The position numbers were made by a program, and so were the translations under genes. From Felis catus (Eukaryota): DNA of 64,000 nucleotides. The DNA lies in NCBI RefSeq assembly GCF_018350175.1, contig NC_058368.1, positions 217,746,001 through 217,810,000 of the forward strand, given 5' to 3'. Within the stretch, counting starts at the first letter, position 1. Every line of letters begins with the position of its first letter. Below the pieces are notes generated by a model. The model saw nothing but the letters and a program-made list of their open reading frames with translations. It made no database searches and had not been told where the DNA came from. Shown here piece by piece: positions 1 to 13,268 of this stretch.

Positions 1-86
1 AAATGCCAACCTCTGATCAAGACCTGATGTAAAAGTCTTCAGGAAACCACAGATCTATGTATGGGCTGTTGCTGCTCCAGTAGCTA

Positions 87-171
87 TCATTCTTTTACTG
101 TTAATGCCAAATTAGTATCAACTTTAAGTTGACACATAGGGTGATGACTACTGTTCTCATTATAATACATT
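87..171 (-). CDS. Candidate terminal exon of an unidentified minus-strand gene (MYYNENSSHHPMCQLKVDTNLALTVKE*)
   Basis: Long polypyrimidine tract and CAG acceptor on the minus strand (AG at 173-172), followed by non-repetitive sequence open for 27 codons; no homology recognised. Confidence 0.2.
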
Positions 172-1817
172 CTGAATTTAAAAAAACATAGAAGCATCAG
201 AAAATAAAAAAAAAGATGAGATAAAATAAATAAATCTGAAGTACTTTTAAGCATATTTCTTTGCTTTTTATGAAGCTTAATGTTAAAATAATTAAAATTA
301 AACTTATATGTTGGAAAATATGTCACAAGGTTTTGTTAAACTTTGTTTCATACCTTAGAATAAAAGGAGTTCCAGGATCATTCTTCTTTTTTCCTCAATG
401 CAAGAAGTAGATCATTGTATGGGTACAAACAGCATCACGGTGTAAATTAAAAACAGTAATAATTATAATGGTAAACTCTTCTTAATATTATTTCAGGTAC
501 CTTGGACAACTCATTTAAACATAAATGGCATCCAGAGTAAGATTAAATACCTCTGATAATAGTGGAGTTTTATAAGATATGGTCAAAATAATAAAACATG
601 AAAACACAACTTGCTATTTCTTTAGTTATATTTGATACTTAGACTAGTAAAATAATATTTTCAGATAGAAACAGAAAATCATAAAATATACAAGAAGAAC
701 ACTACATTTTATTGGGCTTCTAAATATTCTACGTACCAGTTTTTCTTGCGATATGAAGTCATATTTTAAGTATTACATAAAAAAAAGGTTATATGACTTT
801 TAATATGGGACTTACTTTGGAGATCTTGGTATCATTGCTTTCTGTATATTTTTAAATTAGATTTTATAAGGGAAATTTTATTCCCAACTCCCAATGTCAT
901 GGGACAACTTGTTTGTCCAGTTTTATTTTTATCCTCTAGATATTGTGATTATTTTAACTGATTCCTATTTATCTTTTCTTTGCCTTATAGAACTTCTTAT
1001 AGCTGCCTTTGTAAAACAAATCTACTAATTACATATGGCCTAATAACATGCATTCCATGTGCTAACTTTTCCTTAATAACTATTTTAATTTCTACTTTTA
1101 CTTCTCATTCAATAGTCCCTTCAATTATTCTCAAAGGCACTATATTTATAAATTAACTACATTATGAACAAACAAATGAAAGAATGAATACACAATATAG
1201 TACTAAGAGAAAATTTATTAGTAGTGGTTTTAACTGGGGAACTATTGATATTTTATTACTTTTCTCAATGTCATGTGGCTATAAAACTGCATATATTGTA
1301 TCTTCAGTATAAAAAAATTATAAAAACTATATAAAAACAAATGTAATAAAGTTTTATTAGAATTTTTAATGGGATGAATTATTTTAGAATGATTTGTTTA
1401 ATAAATTTAATTTTAGAAGAATATTTTTAGAATAAATTATTGACACAAAGTAAAGAATCTACTTTATTACAGATATTGATCTAACATAGGATTTTCTAAT
1501 CTATTTGCTGGACCATTTTGCTATTCAATTAACAGTGGGAGGCATCACCTAGCAGTTTGTGATCAATGAGAACACTGTGATATCTATAGCCTCATCATAA
1601 AACTACTGAATTGGGATTTGAACTTTAACAAAGTCTTAGGTTATTATTTGCATGATTAAGTTTTAGAATCATGGCTGGAAACTGCATCAAATAAAATATC
1701 TCATGTAAAAGAAGAATTCTATAGTTTAAAATTTTAGTATAATATATTTTTGTTATCTTCTGCATCTGTATAGTCCATCTTAATTTTTTTCAAACATCTG
1801 AGGTCACAAACAATATA

Positions 1818-1968
1818 TTTTATTTTTTAAAGAATTTTTAAGTGTATTTATTTATTTATTTGGGAGGGAGGGGTAGAGAGAGAGGGAGAAAGAGAATCCC
1901 AAGAAGGCTCCATGCTGCCAGCCTGAGCTGAAGTCAGACGCTTAACCAACTGAGCCACGCAGGTGTCC
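1818..1968 (-). mobile_element. Can-SINE, internally deleted
   Basis: Reverse-complement SINE head (ctgagccacgcaggtgtcc), (GA)-rich tract, T-rich tail; TSD-like acaaa(c/t)aatatat. Confidence 0.85.
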
Positions 1969-2939
1969 TACAAATAATATATGTGAAAAATCAAACCCTA
2001 AATATTGCAAATACATTTGATAAAGATGACTTTTTTCAAGTAAAGTTTATTTAGCATATTAAAGAATAAGTGTTCCATTATAATGCACTTTAATATTATT
2101 GGTTTAAGCCAAGAGCAAAATAAACAAATAAAAGAATATCATTTTAGGTGCAGAGAGATAGAGAAGGACTAAGAAGTAAGATTATGTCTATAAAGGAATA
2201 TTTTTCTTCTATTTTCTATGCTAAGAATTTGCTTATATAGAGGAGAATATATATTTTCACAACTCATTCTGTTGTTTATTTATCAGGTAGATAATTAAGT
2301 ATCTATTCATCCAGATATTGGATACTAGTACATATAAGAATATATTGTCAGTGAAGTAGCCATTCATAAAAATATTTTATGTATGGTATTATCATATGAA
2401 AAGCATTAATTTTAACAAATTTTCCTTATCATACTATCCAGAGATAAATATGGTTAACATTTTTCTTTTTAAATTTACATCATTATCCTCGATATTGGAA
2501 GTGTACTTTCTAATATGTTTTATGAATATATTTTCTATACAGTGTACATTTTTAAACAACTTTCAGTGTATATTGTATCAGAGTTTATACATCACTAGTT
2601 CATAGAATATGACAAGACTGCCGAGTCTCACACCCGAGAAACTTCAGTCTTTAAACAGTGTAATACGTTTTCTATGAGCTGGTGAATAAAACTATAATTT
2701 ATATACTTGTATAACACATCAGTCTTAATGAAATCAAATCCTGTCAGTAATGCTTAGTGGAAAGATCTAGAAAAGAATAACTGTTTACTACTTTAAGCTA
2801 GTCCTTATGCAAAACTTGCATCAAATCCTAAGGACAAAGAAACACCAAAGGGAGAGAGAGAAGGTGGCCAAATTTCTTTAAAAAAATTATTGATTTTATA
2901 TTTCTGGCAATATTTTCCAAACATAAATCTATGCTGAAA

Positions 2940-5840
2940 TAAATAAAACCCACAACCAGCACAAGACAGGAAATAATAAAGATTAGACCATAAATTAATG
3001 CTATCAAAACCAAAAAAACAGTAGAACAGATCAATGAAACCAGAAGCTGGTTCTTTGAAAGAATTAACAAAATTGATAAGCCACTAGCCAGTTTGATCAA
3101 AAAGAAAAAGGAAAGGACCCAAATAAATAAACTCAAGAATGAAAGAGGAGAGATTACAACCAATACAGCAGAAATAAAAACAATAATAAGAGAATATTAT
3201 GAGCAATTATACACCAATAAAATGGGCAATCTGGAAAAAATGGACAAATCCTAGAAACATATACACTATCAAAACTGAAAAAGAAAGAAATAGAAACTTT
3301 GAACAGACCCATAGCCAGTAAAGAAATCAATTTAGTAATCAAAAATCTCCCCCCAAAACAAGAGTCCAGGGCCAAATGTCTTTCCTGGGGAGTCTAACAA
3401 TATTTAAGGAAGAGTTAACACCCATTCTCTTGAAGCTGTTCCAAAAAATAGAAATGGAAGGAAAACTTCCAAACTCTTTCTATGAAGCCAGCATTACCTT
3501 GATTCCAAAGCCAGACAGAGACCCCACTAAAAAGGAGAACTATCGACCAATTTCCCTGATGAACATGGATGCAAAAATCCTCAACAAGATATTAGCCAAC
3601 CAGATCCAACAATACATTACAAAAATTATTCACCACGGTCAAGTGGGATTTATACCTGGGAAGCAGGGCTGGTCCAATATCCACAAAACAATCAATGTGA
3701 TTCATCACATCAATAAAAGAAAGGACAAGAACCATATGATCGTCTCAATAGATGCAGAGAAAGCATTTGACAAAATACAGCATCCTCTCTTGATAAAAAC
3801 CCTCAAGAAAGCAAGGATAGAAGGATCATACCACAAGATCATAAAAGCCATATATGAAAGACCCAAAGCTAATATCATTCTCAATGGGGAAAAACTTAGA
3901 ACTCTCCCCCTAAGGTCAGGAACAAGACAGGGATGTCCACTCCCACCACTTTTATTCAACATAGTATTGGAAGTCTTAGCCTCAGCAATCAGACAACAAG
4001 AAAGAAATAAAAGGCATCCAAATCGGCCAGGAGGAGGTCAGACTTTCACTCTTTGCAGATGACATGACACTCTACATGGAAAACCCAAAAGTTTCCACCA
4101 AAAAACTGTTAGAACTGATTATGAATTCAGCAAAGTGGCAGGATATAAAATCAATGCACAGAAATCGGTTGCATTCCTATACACAAATAATGAAGCAACA
4201 GAAAGAGAAATCAAGGAATCGATCCCATTTACAATGGCACCAAAAACCATAAAATAGCTAGGAATAAATCTAACCAAAGAAGTGAAACATCTATTCACTG
4301 AAAACTATAAAAAGCTTATGAAAGGAATTGAAGAAGACACAAAAAAATGGAAACAGATTCCATGCTCCCGGATAGGAAGAACAAATATTGTTAAAATGTC
4401 AACACTACCCAAAGCAATCTACATAATCAATGCAATCTCTATCAAATAACACCAGCATTTTTCACATAATTGGAACAAACAATCCTAAAGTTTGTATGGA
4501 ACCAGAAAATACCCTGATAGCCAAGCAATCTTGAAAAAGAAAACCAAAGCCGCAGGCATCACAATCCCGGACTTCAAGCTGTACTACAAAGTGGTAATCA
4601 TCAAGACAGTATGGTACTGGCACAAAAACAGACACTCAGATCAATGGACCAGAATGGAAAACACATAAATAGACCCAAAAACGTATGGCTAACTAATCTG
4701 TGACAAAGCAGGAATAAAGACAGTCTCTTCAGCAAGTGGTGCTGGAAAAACTGGACAGCGACATGCAGAAAAATGAACTTGGACCACTTTCTTACAAAAT
4801 ACACAATAATAAACTCAAAATGGATGAAAGACCTCAATGTAAGACAGGAAGCCATCAAATTCTCGAGGAGAAAGCAGGAAAAAGCCTCTTTGATCTTCAC
4901 TGCTGCAACTTCTTACCCAACACATCTCCAGAGGCAAGGGAAACAAAAGCAAAAATTAATTATTAGGACCTCATAAAAATAAAAAGCTTTCCAGCGAAGG
5001 AAACAATCAGTAAAACTAAAAAGCAACCGACGGAATGGGAGAAGATATTTGCAAACGACAAATCAGATAAAGGGTTAGTATCCAAAAGCTATGAAGAACT
5101 TATCAAACTCAACACCCAAAAAACAAATAATCCAATGAAGAAGAAATGGGCAAAAGACATGAATAGACATTTCTCCAAAGAAGACATCCAGATGGCCATC
5201 CAACACATGAAAAAGTATTCAACATCATTCATCATCAGGGAAATACAAGTCAAAACCACAATGAGATACCACCTCACACCCGTCAGAATGCCTAAGATTA
5301 ACAACTCAGGCAATAACAGATGTTGGTGAAGATGCAGACAAATAGGATCTCTTTTGCACTGCTGGTGGGAATGCAAGCTAGTGCAGCCACTCTGGAAAAC
5401 AGTATGGGGGTTCCTCAAAAAATTACAAATAGAACTAGCCTACGACCCAGAAATTGCACCACTAGGTATTTACCCAAAGGATACAGGTATGCTGTTTTGA
5501 AGGGGCACATGCACACCGATGATTGTAGCAGCACTATCAACAACAGCCAAAGATAAAGAAAAATATCATATGACTTCACTCATATGAGGACTTCCAGAGA
5601 CAAAACAGATGAACATAAGGGAAGGGAAACAAAAATAATATAAAAACCGGGAGGGGGACAAAACATAAGGGACTCTTGAATATGGAGAACAAACAGAGGG
5701 TTACTGGAGGGGTTATGGGAGGGGAGAAGGGCTAAATGGTTAAGGGGCATTAAGGAATCTACTTCTGAAATCATTGTTGCACTATATGCTAACTAACTTG
5801 GATATAAATTTTAAATAAATGAATAAATAAAATAAAAAAA
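2940..5840 (+). mobile_element. 5'-truncated LINE-1 (ORF2 RT to 3' end), frameshifted
   Basis: ORF 3376-4062 carries L1 RT motifs ([42 protein letters not shown]); 3'UTR and A-rich tail end near 5840; internal deletion near 5552. Confidence 0.97.
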
Positions 5841-7252
5841 CAATTTTTTTTATTTGCTATGTATGTAAGTTAAGTCTAAAGGCACATTAAGTATATTTCA
5901 GAATTTTTATTTTAGTGTATGATTTCTCAATATATTCTTGCTAATTTTATCTATTTTTAATGGAAGTACATTTACCTACTTTGATAAAAAGGCTATGGAG
6001 CTGGAAGATCCAAAAATACAAATTTGGGCTATGAATTTGATATCAAGAGTTAGCAGATCAGGAAAACAGCAATATTTTTTGAATACTGTCCCAATAAGTT
6101 TTTCTACTGGTGTATTTCACATTATACCTATGTACCGTAGTAAATTTTTGTATTATTAAAATAAGTATTATTTCCTCTTTCTTTAAATTCCACACTATAT
6201 CATTAAATCTTTATTTCTTCATGCTCATAATATTACATATATTCAGATTATTCCACTTTTTATTATTGTAGTGAGATTTAAAATATGAAGATACTAAACT
6301 ATTCATAATATTACCTGGCAAATAGTAAGTGTGCACTTAAGGGATATTATTATTATTATTATTAATATTATTATATTAATGGGTACTAATGGTAAAAACT
6401 CTAAAAAGTTAATGATGAAGAAATAATTACTTCTCAACTTATTACTAGTAAATATCTTCATAGTAAATTATGGAATCTCAAAATATTTGCTGAAATCATG
6501 TGTGCTTTGCAAATTATTAGATATAGAAAAACTCTAAATATAGCTGTGGTACCTACTCCCAGTCATACATGTTTAAAACAGTAATATTTTGAAACTAATT
6601 CATCTAAAAATCATTCTTCTCAAACTATTCAAAATACAAGGGGATGGAAAACTTACAAATTCATTCTGAGATGAGTATCACCCTGATACCAAAACTAGAT
6701 AAAGACATCACAAAAAAAGAGAACTATAGGACAATGCCTCTTATGAATAAGGATGCAAAAATCCTCAACAAAATAATTAGTAAACTGAATCCAACAATAT
6801 ATTAAAAAAAATCATACATCACAGTCAAGTGGAATTTATTCCCAAGATGCAAGGGTGGTTCAATATTTGCAAAACAACTTTCTCAATAAAAGAAAGTATT
6901 AAAACTATATAGTCCTTTAACAGATTCAGAAAAAAGCATTTGACAAAGTGCAACATCCATTCATGATAAAAGCCCTCTGTAAAGTAGGTTTAGAGGGAAC
7001 ATATCTCAACATAATAAAGGCCTTATCTTATATGAAAAGCCAGTAGGGAACATCATACTCAATGGTGAAAAACAGAGGTTTTCCCCTAAGATAGGGAATA
7101 AGACAAGGATGTTCACTGGGCATCACTTTTATTTAACATAGTACTGGAATTCCTAGCTGCAGCAATTAAACAACATAAAAAATAAAAGGCATTCAAATAG
7201 GTAAGGAAGCATTAAAACTCTCACTATTTGCAGATGATATGATACTATAAAT

Positions 7253-7283
<31 letters not shown>

Positions 7284-8759
7284 CACCCTAATGACTCCAC
7301 CAAAACACTACGAGAACAGATAAAGTTTCAGGATACAAAATCAATGTACAGAAATCTGTTAACATTCCTAAACAGTAATAATGAATTAGCAGAAAGTGAA
7401 ATTAAGAAAGCAATCCTCCCATTTACAATTGCACCAAAAACAATAAAATATCTAGGAATAAAGTTAACCAAAAAGGTGAAAGACCAGTACTCTGAAAACT
7501 AAAACACTGATAAACAAAATTCGAGATGACACAAAGAAATTCCGTGGTAATGGGTGGGAAGAACAAATATTGTTAAAATGTCTACAGTACCCAAAGCATC
7601 TGTAGATTTAATGCAATCCTTATCAAAATACCGATAGCATTTTCCCACAGAACTAGAACAAACAATCTGAAAATTTGTATGGAACCACACAAGACCTCAA
7701 ATAGCCAAAGCAATCTTGAAAAAGGAAAAACAAAACGGAAGGTATCACAATTCAGATTTTAAGTTATATCACAAAACGGTAGTAATAAAACAGTAGGATA
7801 CTGGCATAAAAACAGACATGTAGATCAATGGAATAGAACAGAAAACCCAGAAATAAACACACAATTACATGGCCAGTTATCTTCAACAAAGGAGGAATGA
7901 ATATACAACGGAAAAAAGACAATCTCTTCACCACATGGTGTTGGGAAAACTGGACAGCCACATGCAAAACAATAAAATTGGACCACTTTCTTTCACCATC
8001 TGCAAGAATAAACTCAAAATGAATTTAAGACCTACACGTGAGACCTGAAACCATAAACATTTCTGAAGAGAGGACAGGCAGTAATCTCTCTTATAATGGC
8101 TGTATCAACATTTTTTGAAATAGGTACCCTGAGACAAGGGAAATATAAGCAAGAATAAGCTATTGGGACTACATCAAAATAAAACGCTCCTGCACAGTGA
8201 AGGAAACAGTCAACTAAACTAAAAGTCAACCTACTGAATGGGAGAAGATATTTGCAAAGGACAGATATGATAACAGGTTAGTATCCAAAATGTACAAGGA
8301 ACTGATAAAACTCAATATCCCCAAACCAAATAATCCAATTAAAAAATGGGCAGAAGACATGAGCAGACATTTCTCCAAAGAAGACACACAGATGGCCAAC
8401 AGAGACATGAAAGATGCTCAGTATCCCCCACCATCAGGGAAATGCAAATCAAAAGTACAATGAGATATCACCCCTCACCTGTCAGAATGGCTAAAATCAA
8501 AAACACAAGAAATCTGGTGAGGATGTAAAGAAAAAGGAACTTCTTGCACTGTTGGGGGAATGCAAACTGGTGCAGCCACCATGGAAAACAGTATGGAGAT
8601 TCCTCAAAGAACTGAAAATAAAATGAGTCTATGACCCAGGAATTGCACTCTCCGGTAAAAATACAAAATACAAAATAAAAAAAAAAAACTAATACAAAGG
8701 GATACATGCACCCCTATGATTACTGCAGCATTATTTACAGTAGCCAAACTAAGCAGCTG

Positions 8760-8762
<3 letters not shown>

Positions 8763-8831
<69 letters not shown>
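8763..8831. repeat. Compound microsatellite (TC)n(TA)n
   Basis: Seen directly. Confidence 0.95.
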
Positions 8832-8833
<2 letters not shown>

Positions 8834-9091
8834 TTCTATTGTTATTGAGATAATTTCATAAAAATGAAACAAAGGGTGTAGGTGTTTGTATTTTAATATA
8901 TAAAATATGAACCAGTGTTTATAACTGAAGGTTGCAGAAGGGGAGGTGGGCAGGGGATGGGTTAAATGGGTGATGGGCATTAAGGAAGGGACTTGTTGGA
9001 ATGAGCACTAGTTATTGTATGTAAGTGATAAATCACTAAATTCTACACCTGAAATCAATGTCACACTATAGTTTAACTAAGTAAAATGTAT

Positions 9092-9299
9092 TTTTAAAAC
9101 TTTTTAACGTTTATTTTTGAGAGAGCCAGAGCGAAAGCAGGGGAGGAACAGAAAGAGAGAGGGAGACACAGAATTGGAAGCAGACTCTAGGCTCCAGTTG
9201 TCAGCACAGAGCCCAATGCGGGGCTTGAACTGAGGAGCTGTGAGATCATGACCTGAGCTGAAGTTGGATGCTTAATCGACTGAGCCACCCAGGGATCCC
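9092..9299 (-). mobile_element. Can-SINE inserted in L1 3' tail
   Basis: gagatcatgacctgagctgaagt...ctgagccacccagg. Confidence 0.93.
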
Positions 9300-9554
9300 A
9301 TAAACTAACTACAGTTTCAATAAAGATTTGAAACCACAAAAAAAGAACCATTCTTTATCTAGCAAAATATTATATTTTAAAAAGTTAAGGATGAGCTGTT
9401 GTGGGTTTTTGTGGGGGGGGGGCTTGTCTGTTTGTTTTACAAACAGACACAGTTCTACATTTTCTTACCATCTCTCTGCTCACATATTGGTGGAAATACA
9501 CTTCGTCTGACTAATAAACACTTCCTGACTATCTAGTAACTGAAAAATAACTTT

Positions 9555-9800
9555 ATATTTTTATAAACTTTCTTCTAGAATAGTTGTAGATTTTTTTTAA
9601 ATGTAGTATAGAAAGCAAACAGATGCCCTTCACCCAGCTTCCACCAATAATAGTGTCTTATAATGATATTTGTCTGAACTAAGAAAGTAAACTCAGTACA
9701 ATACCATTAACTAAATAACAAACGCTGCTTGCATTTCAACAGTTTTTTTTTCACTAATGTCTTATTTACATTCCAGATTTTGTTCGGTATATAATTTTTT
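9555..9800 (-). mobile_element. Ancient L1M 3'-end fragment
   Basis: ccttcacccagcttcc...ccattaactaaa...cactaatgtc resembles the reverse 3' end of old eutherian L1s. Confidence 0.55.
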
Positions 9801-9890
9801 TATCTTGTTTTCACTGGCTTATATATTTATATTTAAATTGGGATATTTTTCCATTGGATATATAATTTCCATTGGATATATAATTTTATA

Positions 9891-9929
<39 letters not shown>

Positions 9930-9936
<7 letters not shown>

Positions 9937-10270
9937 AGTATAGTTGACACACAATGTTGCATTGTTTTCAGGTGCACAAAGTAGTGATTTGACAAATGCA
10001 TATTACGCTATGCTGACCAAAGTATGTCTACCATGTGTCGCCACACAGTGCTATTACAGTGTCATTGGCTATATTTCTTATGCTGTACCTTTTATTCCTG
10101 TAACATACCTGATCCATAACTGAAAGTCTGTGGCTCCCACTCCTTTTCTCATTTGCCCTCCTCCCCAGAGGAGATGCCTTCTCTTCTGGCAACCATCAGT
10201 TTGTTCTCAGCATTTACAGGTTTGATTCTGTTTGTTTGTTTGCTTGTTTGCTTGTTTGTTTGTTTTTGGT
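9930..10270 (-). mobile_element. Carnivore L1 3'-end fragment preceded by (TA)n
   Basis: gagtatagttgacacacaatgtt...tctggcaaccatcagtttgttctc. Confidence 0.75.
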
Positions 10271-10433
10271 TGTTGTTGATGGGATTTTTTTAAAGGCGGG
10301 ATATATCTTGGTTATGTTCGTTAGAAACAATTTAATAATCTATTTATTTTAGCAATTGTGTTTGGACCATTCTTATTTAAACTGATTATAAATATATTTG
10401 GATTAAAATTTGTCATCTTTCTAGAAGTGTTCT

Positions 10434-10634
10434 CTTTTTTTTTTAAGTTTATTTATTTTTAAGAGAGAGAGAGAGCGAGCAAGCAAGAGCAGGGGAGGGG
10501 CAGAGAGAGAGAGGGAGGCACAGAATCTGAAGCAGGCTCCAGGCTCTGAGCTGTCAGCACGGAGCCCAGGAATTGTGAGATACTGACCTGAGCCAAAGTT
10601 GGAAGCTTAAAGGACTGAGCCACCCAGGTGCCCC
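10434..10634 (-). mobile_element. Can-SINE
   Basis: aggctccaggctctgagctgtcagcac; diverged TSD tctag(a/c)agt(g/a)ttct. Confidence 0.93.
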
Positions 10635-11057
10635 TCTAGCAGTATTCTATTTGTTTCTTTTGCTCTTTGTTTTTTTTTTCAGCTTTTCATTCTTCTCTGG
10701 TTTTAATTCAGCATTTTATGACTTTATGGTTTTTGCCTCTCCTCTATTTTCAGCTATTTATTTATCTTTTGTTGTTTGACTTTTCCAGTGATTCCCTAGA
10801 GTTTATAATACACATTTGTAAATAATATAAACTTATATTAATACTCAATTACAGCACTGACATGTAATGTATGCCTTTATTTTCTTGTATCTTCTTCCCA
10901 TTCCATATTCTATTATCACACATTTTTCTTTTACAAATGTGTATTGTACATATATATTAACATTTTTGCTTTAATGAGTAAACTGTCATTTTTTTCAAAG
11001 GTGATTCTCTTCATTTCTCTGTATAGATCCAAGTTTCTGACTATATAATATTTTGTC

Positions 11058-11285
11058 TTTTTTTAATATTTATTTATTTTGAGAGAGAGAGAGAGAGAGA
11101 ATGTGCCAGTTGAGGGGAAAGGCAGGGAGAAATGAGAGAACGAATCCCAAGCATGAGATGAGAGAGAATCCCACGCTGAAAGCACAGAGCCTGACGTGGG
11201 GCTCAAGCTCAGGAACCGTGAGATCATGACCTGAGCCGAAATCAAGAATTGCTTGCTTAACCAACTGAGCCACACTGACGCCCCC
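11058..11285 (-). mobile_element. Can-SINE
   Basis: gagatcatgacctgagccgaaatcaaga; TSD-like ttttgtctt. Confidence 0.93.
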
Positions 11286-12621
11286 AGATTTTGTCTTCTT
11301 GAAGAAATTCCTTTAACATTTTCCGTAAGGGAGTTCGTTAACCATGAATTCCTTCGGGTTTGGTTTGCCTTAGTAAGTCTTTTTTTTTTCTTGTGATTTG
11401 GAAGAGGATTTTTGCTGGTATTGAATTTGGGGTTGAAAAACTTTTACTACACTTTCACTCTTGCCTTTTTGTTTGCATTGTGTTTGATGATTAGTGTGCT
11501 GTATATTTTACCATTGTTTCTTGACATGCCTTTTCTTCAGGACATGTTCGAGGTTTTCTTTTAGTCTTTGCTCTTCAGCAGTCTGACTATAAGATGCCTA
11601 GGTGTGTGGGTGAGTGCTGTGTGCACACATGCATGTGTGAGCAAGCACGTGCTTCTGGTGTTGATCTAGTTTGTGCTACCCGACCTTCTTAGAACAATGA
11701 TTTTCTGTCATATTATTTTTGGAATCACATCAACCATTATTTCTGCAAACATTTCTGCTTCAGGGATCCCAATTATACGTATATTCCAGCACCTGACACT
11801 GGGCCGCCGATCTTGGATGTTTGGTTCGGTTTTGTTGATTACTCTTTTTTCTTTTTGCACTTCTTTTTGTGTAATTTATTCACCCTATATTCAAGATGAC
11901 CGATTCTTTCCTCAGCTGCTCTAAGTCTACGGGTGAGCACATTAATGGCGTTCTTCATCTCCACGCCCGGGCTTGAATCTATCATTTCCATGTGATTCCT
12001 TTTTAAGATTTCCATTTCACTGCTGAAATTATCTATCTGTTCTTTACTGTCATCTACCTTTTCATTAGAGGCTTTCTCATATTATTTATAGTTATTTTAA
12101 GTACTCTGTCCAATCTATATCATGATATGTCTGAACTTAGTTCTCCTGTTTTTTGTTGTCTTTTTGTATGCCTCATAATTTTTTTGGTTGTTGTTCAATG
12201 TTGTAAGGACACTCTAATAGGCGATAAATACCTCCATGCTTATCCCAAATATTTGTATAAGTTTTTCTTTGTTAAGTTCTAAATATATCACAATTTTCTT
12301 AATGATTTATTGGTTTATATGCACACATTTCTGAAGTATGTTGTGTTTCCAAATTATATTATTTTAGCTATCTACTGTTATTAAGATATTTGGTTTTTGT
12401 AGTATGGCTAAAAAAGAGACATGCATGTTTTTATTCTTTAGCATTTCCTGAGACTTCTTTTGGTGGAAGAGAACATGGGCATCTTTCATTCCTTGTGTGC
12501 TTGAAAGGAATGATTATTTTCCAGAGTAAACTTATAGATGCCATTATTTTTTGTATGTCAGAAAGAAGCTTCATACTGTTTATTAACTCTCTGCCATATC
12601 CGAATCTCTAAATATTTGTGT

Positions 12622-12657
<36 letters not shown>

Positions 12658-13196
12658 TAGGTTAGTAACTTTAGTACACATAATCCATACTTGCACATTT
12701 TTAAAATACCCCATTAACACATATAAATACATATAAATTTTCCCTCAAATGCAATGTATATAACAACTAATCAAAGATGTCTACTGAAATAACTGGTGTG
12801 TGCGTGTCTGCATGTGTATGTGAGTGTGTGCGCATATGCACATGTGTATATGTATCCGCAGAGGACACCTAGAGACATTATGATTAGTTTAGCAGTTTTG
12901 CAAACAAGGAGGTCAGGAGGTGAAACAACGGTACTACTTTGAGGATCCTCTCATCTTCACAGAGCAAGAGTAGAGCTATACTATTTTAGAATTCCTCTTC
13001 AGTTTTTTTAACGTTAATTAATTCTGTAATCAGAAGACAAAGAATAGAGCATATATATGAGCAGTATCACAAAGTATCTTCTTAATACGGTGTGGGGTTT
13101 GGGGGAAAAAGATACATTGTTTAGGTTTTATACCTTAACATAAATACGCAAAAATAGGAAAATTATTTATTTGATTTCATTTATTCCTAATTAAAT

Positions 13197-13268
13197 CCCT
13201 TCCTTCCTTCCTTCCTTCCTTCCTTCCTTCCTTCCTTCCTTCCTTCCTTCCTTCCTTCCTTCCTTCCT
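13197..13268. repeat. (TTCC)n microsatellite
   Basis: Seen directly. Confidence 0.95.

Larger units (their letters stand above)
6610..9345 (+). mobile_element. Older carnivore-type LINE-1 (ORF2 RT to 3' end), degraded
   Basis: Continuous L1 ORF2 similarity (ctatttgcagatgatatgata = FADDM); L1 3'UTR at 8925-9085 resumes after the SINE at about 9300. Confidence 0.93.
10300..12230 (-). mobile_element. Ancient L1M fragment(s), interrupted by two SINEs
   Basis: T-rich degraded antisense L1 sequence (ttttgctggtattgaatttggggttga, agcagtctgactataagatgcctaggtgtg). Confidence 0.6.

Noticed and set aside
497..536. Possible 40-nt plus-strand exon (tttcag|GTACC...CCAGA|gtaaga)
   Set aside because: Short, not a multiple of three, no recognisable product; cannot be separated from chance splice-like motifs
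2828..3375. Hydrophobic, membrane-protein-like minus-strand ORFs (also 47800-48096 and others)
   Set aside because: Antisense translation of A-rich L1 sequence
3376..4062. 228-aa reverse-transcriptase ORF as a host gene or novel RT system
   Set aside because: Ordinary L1 ORF2 fragment in a truncated, frameshifted element
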